DNA of 64,000 bases, from assembly GCA_046313635.1 (NCBI GenBank), contig JBKBYA010000002.1, forward strand, positions 64,001-128,000. Reading direction: 5' to 3'. The notes beneath the pieces are model-generated. The model was not told the origin of the DNA, did no database searches, and saw nothing but the letters and a program-made list of their open reading frames with translations. A program made the translations under genes and the position numbers. This document shows positions 39,210 to 46,708 of the stretch, piece after piece (position 1 is the first letter of the stretch; each line of letters opens with the position of its first letter). Origin of the DNA: Pyrinomonadaceae bacterium. GTDB lineage: Bacteria > Acidobacteriota > Blastocatellia > Pyrinomonadales > Pyrinomonadaceae.

Positions 39210-39368
39210 CTAGACCGCTCCGCAGCCCGGATGCCCGCACTGGCAGCTGATCTCGACGATGTCCTGACTCTCCGCGTCGCTGCAATGATCGCTGCAGTAA
39301 TCCGAATCGTCGGAGACCGCGCAGATGCAGCCCGTGTGACCGCATTTATTGTTGTCGTTGTCGTCCAT
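39210..39368 (-). CDS. Bacterial metallothionein-like protein (52 aa), missed by the ORF track
   Basis: MDDNDNNKCGHTGCICAVSDDSDYCSDHCSDAESQDIVEISCQCGHPGCGAV*: CxHxxCxC, YCSxxC and CxCGHxxC motifs; SD GGAGG upstream. Confidence 0.85.
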   Translation of the reverse strand: MDDNDNNKCGHTGCICAVSDDSDYCSDHCSDAESQDIVEISCQCGHPGCGAV

Positions 39369-39530
39369 AGATTTCCTCCCTCAGATCGAATGTCGTTATT
39401 GCCGGCACGATCGATCTGGCCCGTCACGCAGGGTCCTCGAATATGTCGGCAGTAACCCGAGTATAAGTAACCGCTCCGGCCTAGACAATATCTTTTATGC
39501 CGCGAGTTGATCGGGCCGGCGGGGAACTTC

Positions 39531-39639
39531 TGGAACCTTTCTTAACGCTCTGCGTGTCTACCTATGAAATGCAGGTTTATCCTCCCTGCAGCTGATTAAC
39601 GTTTGGCGGACCCGAGACACCCGCCAAACGTTTTTTTTT
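39531..39639 (+). ncRNA. Candidate ECF-dependent small RNA (promoter plus ~75-nt transcript)
   Basis: TGGAAC-N16-CGTGTC promoter-like motif; hairpin TGCAGG-tttatcctc-CCTGCA; terminator aacgtttggcgg...ccgccaaacg followed by a T run. Confidence 0.5.
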
Positions 39640-39805
39640 GTCCCGACCTCGCTGCCGCAAAAGCGGAATTCAGATCCGATTCAAACTCTTAATCGTCCAT
39701 AGCCCAGTATTCCACGCGTCCCGGCGCGTGGAAATGCGGAAGCGGACGGAGTTTTTGAAGAGAATTCACCGTCCGCTTTCTGCGCGCTTTTGACGAGGAC
39801 CTCTG

Positions 39806-41998
39806 CTATCTGACGTAGGCTCCGGGCACGGGTACGTCGCCCGGCGAGCCGAAGACGGCCGTCCGCGGCGGCAGAGAGGTTCGGTTGATGTACCAGGTCG
39901 AATTCGAAGGTCGGAAGACGGCCGCATCGATCATCCCGTCCGAGTCGTAGTCGGCCGGCGCGGGCAGGTCGCCTGACGTACCGAAAGGGAAGGCGTAATA
40001 CGACGACTCCTGACTTCTGAGGACGTACCAGTATCCGCTCGACGGCCGGTAAAAAGCGATGTCCGCCCAGCCGTCACCGGTGTAGTCGCCGGGCACGGCC
40101 TTGTCTGTAGAGCTGCCGAATTCGGCCGCAAAGATCGTTTGGTTCGAACTGTACAAGATCCACCACTGCCCGACCGACGGCCGCCAGACGGCGATGTCGG
40201 CCTTGCCGTCGCCGTCGTAGTCCGACGCGACAGGCTTGTCGCCGCTCGTGCCGAATGACGTAAAGGTGACCGTGCCGCTCGCCGAGTGGCGAATGTACCA
40301 GACGCCGTTCGACGGTCGGAATACCGCGAGGTCGGTCTTGCCGTCGCCGTCAAAATCGGCGGGCGTCGGGATGTCGTCGCCCACCCCGAACTGCGCCGCA
40401 AAAAAGGAATTGGTAGTGCGGTCGAATACGTACCACGTCCCGTTCGACGGTCTAAAGACCGCGATATCCGTCAGGCGGTCGCCGGTGTAATCGCCGGGGA
40501 CCAAGACATCGCTCGCCACGCCGAAAATGTTCGCGTAAACTCCATTCGCCTGACTATCCCAGAGGTACCACTCGCCGGTCGAAGGCCTGAAGATGCTGAT
40601 GTCGGCCTTGCTGTCGCCGAAGAAATCGAATCGCGTGCGGTACGGAATGCCCGATTGCTGAAAGAGCACGTTCGAGCCGCCCGGGCCCGAGAAGAGCGCG
40701 GTCAACTGCCTCGAGTTAAAGCTCGAGTTGCCGTACGCGCGCCACGAGACAGTTCCGGGGCCGGTACCCCCAGCGCCGGTCGGGAACTCGAGCCACGAGC
40801 TGCCGGCAAAGAACGACCATGTGCATCCCAGCTGCGTCGTGACGCCGATGGTGCCGGTACCGCCGGGTGCGGGAACGCGGACGCTGGTCGGCGAGACCGT
40901 GTAGGTGCAGTTCCTGCCGGTCTGTGTCACCGGAAATGCAGCTACTGTCTCGAGGCCGCGTATTAGCGATATCGCTCCGGCACGGTCGCCGCCGTTGTTG
41001 GGCTGCACCGTGTACGAGACCGTACCGGGACCGTATCGCACCTCGTTGCTTGTCCAAAGCCAATAGACATTTTGTCCATAGGTCGCGTACCAGCCGCACC
41101 CGACCGGCGTCTGAACGTCGAATGTGAAAGTACCGCCGTCGGGGCCGTGCAAGGCGCCCGCCGGAGTGACCGAGTAGCTGCACGGATAGGCAGCCTGATT
41201 TATCGTGAAGGTCTGCCCGCTCACGTTGATCGTCGCTGTGCGAGCCCCGCCGCCCTGATTAGACGCGACCGTGTAGCTGATCGTCGCGGACCCGAGGCCG
41301 TTGCCTGGACCGTTGATCGTGACGAATGAGCTCTGCGTATTCGCGAACCAGCGGCAGCCGGGCGTGGTCGTCACCGTGAAAGAGAAGTTTCCTCCGAGAC
41401 CCGGCACGTCGGCCGACGCAGGCGTGAGCGTATAGCTGCACGCAGCCGGCGAGTCGAGCGAGAGCGTGTAGCTGCCAAATGAGTTGGGAAAGACCGAGTT
41501 TGCGAGAATGATGTAGTTCGTCGTCTCGGGCAGCGAGACAGAGATGCGCGAGTTTGTCCCGCCGCCGCCGTCGTCATCTTCGACTACGAATGTACCGGAC
41601 TCGTTAGCGAGGCCAAGATAGGTATCGAACGCGGTCGAGCTGAGATTGATCGTGACCTGCTGGCCGGCGGTACCGCCGAAGATATAGAAGTCGCCGTATG
41701 TGCCGTCGTCGAGACGGCAGTCGGTGACCGTGAGCGAGCCGCTGATGGTTTGACCAGGCGTTATCGGGGCCGCGACACTGCACGGGTCGCCGGCGAGATC
41801 TCCCGCAGCGGCAAGCTCGCGAAACTCGTCTTCGGTCATTACAACAAAGCCGCGGCCGTCGATTGGTCTCGAGTCCATGATCGCCGACATCGCGGTCTTG
41901 GAGGTGGGAAGTTTGAGGCCCTGCGAAAAGGCGCCGGCCGACAAAAGCAAAAGCACGGCGGCGTACCGAAGGGCCGTATTCATCGTGAAATAATGCAT
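39806..41998 (-). CDS. Secreted protein with PPC-like domain, three BACON-like Ig repeats and C-terminal FG-GAP/VCBS repeats
   Basis: Signal peptide; FDTYL.L...EDDDGGGGTNSRI; CSY.LTP...GC.W repeats; D(Y/F)DGDGK(A/T)D.AV(F/W)RPS.G.WY repeats. Confidence 0.85.
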   Translation of the reverse strand: MHYFTMNTALRYAAVLLLLSAGAFSQGLKLPTSKTAMSAIMDSRPIDGRGFVVMTEDEFRELAAAGDLAGDPCSVAAPITPGQTISGSLTVTDCRLDDGTYGDFYIFGGTAGQQVTINLSSTAFDTYLGLANESGTFVVEDDDGGGGTNSRISVSLPETTNYIILANSVFPNSFGSYTLSLDSPAACSYTLTPASADVPGLGGNFSFTVTTTPGCRWFANTQSSFVTINGPGNGLGSATISYTVASNQGGGARTATINVSGQTFTINQAAYPCSYSVTPAGALHGPDGGTFTFDVQTPVGCGWYATYGQNVYWLWTSNEVRYGPGTVSYTVQPNNGGDRAGAISLIRGLETVAAFPVTQTGRNCTYTVSPTSVRVPAPGGTGTIGVTTQLGCTWSFFAGSSWLEFPTGAGGTGPGTVSWRAYGNSSFNSRQLTALFSGPGGSNVLFQQSGIPYRTRFDFFGDSKADISIFRPSTGEWYLWDSQANGVYANIFGVASDVLVPGDYTGDRLTDIAVFRPSNGTWYVFDRTTNSFFAAQFGVGDDIPTPADFDGDGKTDLAVFRPSNGVWYIRHSASGTVTFTSFGTSGDKPVASDYDGDGKADIAVWRPSVGQWWILYSSNQTIFAAEFGSSTDKAVPGDYTGDGWADIAFYRPSSGYWYVLRSQESSYYAFPFGTSGDLPAPADYDSDGMIDAAVFRPSNSTWYINRTSLPPRTAVFGSPGDVPVPGAYVR

Positions 41999-42059
41999 AG
42001 GAGTTTAAGAGCCTCCGGAGCGTCGTAACAGAGCTGAAGCTCGGGCGGTGCGGCCTCGA

Positions 42060-42461
42060 TCATGCCGGCGGCAATTCCATTTTGACGAGACCGTCAAATT
42101 CTACGTTGTATCCGACGCCCTTTACCGGAATGGACATTTCTTCTTCGGACTTTGCCTCGCCGTTGGCGATGCCGACGCTTGCGAAGTAGCAGCTCGCCCC
42201 GTGCTCGTTCGCGTGACGGACGAGCGTCTCAAATGCCTCCTGTCCCTCCTCGAATCGTCCGCGGCCCGGATACAGGTCCGTCCGGACGACGAAGAATGCA
42301 AGCTCGCCGTCCTTGTGGGCGACGATCTGGGGCTCGGTGCGCCGATCGGCGAGCGCGTCGGCCGACTCGATCAGCCAGCCGTCCTCCTGGAGCTGCCTGA
42401 AAACGATCTCGATGCCGAAGGCGTGGATCTCCTGCGGCGTCATCAATTCTTTTTCGCTCAT
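42060..42461 (-). CDS. Hypothetical protein (133 aa)
   Basis: Coding-like ORF: EIHAFGIEIV...PQIVA.KDG.L.FFVVR...YP...YFASVG. Confidence 0.65.
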   Translation of the reverse strand: MSEKELMTPQEIHAFGIEIVFRQLQEDGWLIESADALADRRTEPQIVAHKDGELAFFVVRTDLYPGRGRFEEGQEAFETLVRHANEHGASCYFASVGIANGEAKSEEEMSIPVKGVGYNVEFDGLVKMELPPA

Positions 42462-42554
42462 CGCAACAATCATAACCGTTCGCACTGCCCGAGCGCACGA
42501 CGGGCCTCACCTCAACGAGGCAAGGCCCGGCGTGCTCGTGCGTGCTACCCTCCG

Positions 42555-43235
42555 CTACGCTTTTGCCGATGCGCTTCGCTTTTTGGCTGCGGCTGTCGAC
42601 GATCGAGATCGTTCGGCCCGCCGCGCCTTAAAGGCCGCCTTCTCTTTTTTCATCAGAGCGCCGAGGGCCTCGAGCTGCTCGCGCTCAAACTGCCGCTCGA
42701 CGAGCGGGAACATCTCGTTCTCTTCTTCTTTGACGTGATGCTCGACATTCTCTATCAGCACCTGCAGGCGTGCTTTGAATGTCGGCGACGTGCCTTTAAG
42801 GCGAGCGAGGCTCGCGAGCATCGTCTTGACCTGGCCGTGCTCTTCGATGCCCTCGCGGACGATCTTTTTGAGGTCCGATTCGCCGCTGCGCAGCAGCCGC
42901 GGGTAAAAGATCGTCTCCTCGATATGCGCGTGAGCGTCGAGCTCGAGCTTGATCTTTTTGAACGTCGCCGAATGGTCGCGTCTGGGTGCGGCCTTGACGC
43001 GGTCAAACATCTCCTGCACCGTCTCGTGGTCGGCTTTTAAGAGCGCGATCGCGTTCTCGTCAGACGTCGGCGTGAGCATCTCTATGATCGCGTTGGCTGC
43101 CCGCTCGAGCAGCGACTCCGAATTACCTTTTGCGGACGTTTTTGACGACCGTTTCGCCGGAGCCGATCTTGTTCCGCTCGTCGAGCGGCGGCTGCTGTTC
43201 GTCGAGGTAGACCGATTTGAACTCGTTGCTGCCAT
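42555..43235 (-). CDS. Hemerythrin/HHE cation-binding domain protein with basic Ser/Arg/Lys tails
   Basis: AIALLKADH; HAHIEETIFYP; EEH; HHVKEEENEMFP; SD GGAGG. Confidence 0.9.
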   Translation of the reverse strand: MAATSSNRSTSTNSSRRSTSGTRSAPAKRSSKTSAKGNSESLLERAANAIIEMLTPTSDENAIALLKADHETVQEMFDRVKAAPRRDHSATFKKIKLELDAHAHIEETIFYPRLLRSGESDLKKIVREGIEEHGQVKTMLASLARLKGTSPTFKARLQVLIENVEHHVKEEENEMFPLVERQFEREQLEALGALMKKEKAAFKARRAERSRSSTAAAKKRSASAKA

Positions 43236-43282
43236 CTAGAATTTCCTCCCGAAGATTGTTCGATCTGTTTCGACGCTGCATT

Positions 43283-43298
43283 TGCAACGGCTGTGCCT
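43283..43298 (-). promoter_or_regulatory. Sigma-54 -24/-12 promoter
   Basis: Minus strand AGGCAC-AGCCG-TTGCA about 48 nt upstream of the hemerythrin ATG. Confidence 0.65.
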
Positions 43299-43490
43299 TT
43301 TTGCACGCCGGCCAAAAGGCGGCTTTTTCGGGCTAAACGTTCCGTTTCGCGGCGCTTAACCTGATCTAATGCCGCGCGCTTAAGGCGGTTCTCAAACTCT
43401 CGCCGCGCATAAAAATAAAAACGGCCGCCGCTTTCCCAATCGTGCTCTAGATCGGGTCGGCGGCGGCCGCGATATCTGCGCCTACGGCAA

Positions 43491-43754
43491 TTAATCGCCG
43501 TCGTTGCGGTCGCCCCACCGCCAACGCGGCGGCTCGCCCTTTGCCAGACAAATGCCGTTCAGGGCGGCGACCGCTCCCGCAATGCCGAAGGCGAACAGCC
43601 ACGGATGCTCGTTCGGCAAGAACACGACCGACCAGACCGAAACAAATACGATAAATGCCAAGAGCACGACCCAGCCCTGCCAGGTCGCCGGCGGCCCCCA
43701 GCCCCAACCGTAACGCTTGGCCGGGAACCAGTATCTGTCTTTGTTCGCGCGCAT
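43491..43754 (-). CDS. Small Trp-rich two-TM membrane protein
   Basis: YWFPAKRYGWGWGPP.TWQGW...KGE.PRWRWG. Confidence 0.75.
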   Translation of the reverse strand: MRANKDRYWFPAKRYGWGWGPPATWQGWVVLLAFIVFVSVWSVVFLPNEHPWLFAFGIAGAVAALNGICLAKGEPPRWRWGDRNDGD

Positions 43755-43936
43755 ACCGGAGAGATTCTAAACTCGATGGCTCCGGGGTTTAAAAGGCTCA
43801 GGGCAGCTTGTTCCGCGCGAGATCACAATGCGGCGGTCATTGCACAGAGAATGCCGCCGCGAGATTCATCGCTCATCTCGCGGCGTTCATTCCCGGTGCC
43901 ACGGGCGTCTTAAGGCTCGCACCGGGCCGGTGCGGA

Positions 43937-45862
43937 CTACCGTCTTTTACGCTGCACCGGACGCTGGAGTCTTGTGACGGCGCGTGTAAGAGCGTCGATC
44001 TGTTTTTGCTGGCGGTCGATCGTTTCCTGCTGCTGTTTGATCGCGTTCACAAGCACGGCGGCGAGCTGGTTGTAGCGGACGCCCTCGATCTCACCGTCGT
44101 CATTCTTGAACGTCAATTCCGGAGCGACCTCTGCCACGTCCTCGGCTCCGAGACCGACGTCTTTGCTGCCGTTCTCTTTCCACTCGAACGAGATCGGCCG
44201 CAGCCGCATCACGATCCCCAGCCCGCCCGCGTAGCCGCGGACATCGCGTTTGTATCTCAGGCTCGACGTGCAGAATCGCAGCGTCGTCGTCCCCGACAGA
44301 TTGCAAAGCGTGTTGTTGCCGCCGCTCAGCAGCAAGGGCGTAACGGTGCCGTTGATCGACAGGTTGCTCGCGATGTTGAGCGTGCCGCCCGGCGCCGACA
44401 GCGTGCCGCCGATGCTTGCGTTGCCGGTCGTCGTAAGCGAAGCCGCCGAAACGGCGCCGACCGTGTCGACATTGCCGTTCTCAAGGATGTGCATATTGTC
44501 GCTGTTGAGATGAAAGCCCTTGGCCCACATGCCGCCCTGCGCTATCACCTGGCCGATCGAGCTGACGCGAAATCGCGGATTTGAGCCCGCGTTGTCATCG
44601 CTCTTGGCAACAATGAAATTGCCGGTCGTAGCAAGGTGGAGATCGAGGGTCGTACCCGTCGGGCTTAGAACTTCGATACTCGCTCCGATGGTGTTGCCGG
44701 TGGGCGAGAGAGCGGCCGCGAGCAAACCTATCGCATCGCTCTCGCCGACGGTCGTGCCGTCGCCGTAGGTCACGCCGACCAGGCCGATCCCGGTCGAGCT
44801 GTGCGCAATGCCCATAACGCCGACAGTAGATTCTGCGGTCGAGGTCGTTCGGCCGAGAATGGCGGTCGGCGGGAGGTTGTTAAAGTCGGGCGTCGCCGAG
44901 CCGGTCCGCGGGTCGACCACATTCAGCCGTGCCGTCGGAGCGGTCGTCCCGACGCCGACGCGGCCGATATTGTTCGCTCCGGCGACGATGACGTTGCCGC
45001 CGTCCGGCGCGAGATTGACGCTTCCATTGGCGGCCGGCGCGCGTGCAAGGCCGCCCTGCAGCGTGATCGAACCGCCGCCGCCGTCGCGCGACGCGTTAGC
45101 GGGATTTTGCCCGCCGTCGCCGCCGCGGATCGAGATGCCGCCGCCGACGCCGCCGGTATCGTTCACGTTCGAGCCGTTAGTGTTGCCGCCACTGCCGCCC
45201 GCGACCGCCAGCACGCTTGCCGCGTCGGTGCCGTTGCCGTTGGGCGAGACGGGCGGCTGCGTGCCGACCACATGGAGCTTTGCGGTGGGCGAGACGGTGC
45301 CCACGCCTACGCTGCCGCCAAAGAGCGCGCTGCCGCTGATGCTGATATTCGCCGCCGACTGTTGCGAGAGAGTGTTTTGAATGTACCCGCTCGGTGCGAT
45401 GCCGCCTAGCTGCGAGGCATTGGCGGCGGTGGTCGCCGAGTCGGCAGCCGAGGCGCTCGCGCTCCTGATCGCAAAAGGCGACGAGAGGATCTGCGTTCGA
45501 GGCGACAGCGTCGTAAGGGTGCCGGCGCCGATCTGCCGTGTGGCGATCTCGAGATATCTATCCGCTCCGCCGAATACCGCCGCGCCGAAATCCAGCGTCA
45601 CCGCAAAGCTTCCGTTGGTCACGGCGACCGGGTTGGCCGTCTGCGTCGAGCCCTGCTGTGTGCCGCCGACGGCCGCGTCAAACAACTTGAACTGCATTTC
45701 GAAATTGCCGTTGGCGGGAGCTCCGCCGACGCTCAGCGAGCCTTGATAGACGAACTTGGTCGTCTGGCCTGACGCCCATACCGCGGCGCACACGATAAAC
45801 ATCGCGATCGATACGGCACGAGCCGCCGGGCCGCGCCTTGCTGTTAGATAAATTCTCGGCAT
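43937..45862 (-). CDS. Secreted fibre-like protein with C-terminal peptidase S74 (intramolecular chaperone) domain
   Basis: Signal peptide; FVYQG.L..GG.PANG; VGVGT..PTA.L.V repeats; SSLRYKRDV...LRPISF.WK...GL.AEDV...V.Y..L...LVNAIK plus coiled coil. Confidence 0.85.
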   Translation of the reverse strand: MPRIYLTARRGPAARAVSIAMFIVCAAVWASGQTTKFVYQGSLSVGGAPANGNFEMQFKLFDAAVGGTQQGSTQTANPVAVTNGSFAVTLDFGAAVFGGADRYLEIATRQIGAGTLTTLSPRTQILSSPFAIRSASASAADSATTAANASQLGGIAPSGYIQNTLSQQSAANISISGSALFGGSVGVGTVSPTAKLHVVGTQPPVSPNGNGTDAASVLAVAGGSGGNTNGSNVNDTGGVGGGISIRGGDGGQNPANASRDGGGGSITLQGGLARAPAANGSVNLAPDGGNVIVAGANNIGRVGVGTTAPTARLNVVDPRTGSATPDFNNLPPTAILGRTTSTAESTVGVMGIAHSSTGIGLVGVTYGDGTTVGESDAIGLLAAALSPTGNTIGASIEVLSPTGTTLDLHLATTGNFIVAKSDDNAGSNPRFRVSSIGQVIAQGGMWAKGFHLNSDNMHILENGNVDTVGAVSAASLTTTGNASIGGTLSAPGGTLNIASNLSINGTVTPLLLSGGNNTLCNLSGTTTLRFCTSSLRYKRDVRGYAGGLGIVMRLRPISFEWKENGSKDVGLGAEDVAEVAPELTFKNDDGEIEGVRYNQLAAVLVNAIKQQQETIDRQQKQIDALTRAVTRLQRPVQRKRR

Positions 45863-46181
45863 CTCTTTGATCCTCCGTACAGGGTCGAACTGGTCAACAG
45901 GTCTGCACCGCAGAAAAAACCAGCGGCGAAAATAAATATGTCGTCGAGGGAGGTGCGCAAACGCCGCGGTGGGAAACGGGTCGAGATCGTTGTGAGGTGA
46001 TGAGGCGAAATATCACCGGATTTGGGCGCATTGTCAAATCCACCATGCGTGCGGCCTGCGAGGGTCAAGGCGTGCATTGTCGTACACTGCTTGGTCAAGA
46101 TCCGCCCAAAATGGTTCTCTGGCCGCGTCGCGGCGTCGACCCGGATTTAACAAAAGTGTCTGATAGCAATACTTAGCTCAG

Positions 46182-46197
46182 TGGCATCGTGCTTGCA
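46182..46197 (+). promoter_or_regulatory. Sigma-54 -24/-12 promoter
   Basis: TGGCAT-CGTGC-TTGCA about 48 nt upstream of ATG 46246. Confidence 0.7.
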
Positions 46198-46245
46198 ATC
46201 GATAAATTCGGCTGCGGCCGGTCGGTCACAGCCCGGAGGAGCGAT

Positions 46246-46518
46246 ATGAAAAAACCTGAGCCTGGTCTAGAAACCATGATGAGCGACGAGCAATACACTC
46301 GTCGTGAGCAATGCGGTGTCGAGATCGTAGAGCATGAGGTGATCACACGGATCAAAACGTCAGATGGCCGCTACGTTTCGGGCCGGTCGCGTCCGCGGCT
46401 GGTGATAACCGACGCGATGAATGCGACCCGAGACTTTGTGTCAAAAAGGCGTTCGGAGCTGGGTGAGTTGGACAGATTTCTAAAGACGGTCGGTCGCCGT
46501 CCGCTCCACGGCGAGTAG
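46246..46518 (+). CDS. Hypothetical 90-aa protein
   Basis: SD GGAGGAG; sigma-54 motif upstream; terminator aaaagccccgg...ccggggcttttt downstream. Confidence 0.6.
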   Translation: MKKPEPGLETMMSDEQYTRREQCGVEIVEHEVITRIKTSDGRYVSGRSRPRLVITDAMNATRDFVSKRRSELGELDRFLKTVGRRPLHGE

Positions 46519-46708
46519 TTGATCCCGCACCGTCGCAGAGAAAAGCCCCGGCCTCCAAAAGAGACCGGGGCTTTTTGATCGCTGTCTGTCCCAGCTGATC
46601 ACGGGCGCCGCACCGACGCCCAAATTAAACAAACATCGATTATCCCCGATCTTCAAGAATATCCTCGTCGCGCGAAGTGCTTGGACGGGGCGTAGGCGAT
46701 CCGGCTCT

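Noticed and set aside
43937..45862. Prophage inferred from the S74 tail-fibre-like protein
   Set aside because: The protein has a signal peptide, and there are no capsid, terminase, portal or integrase genes in the window
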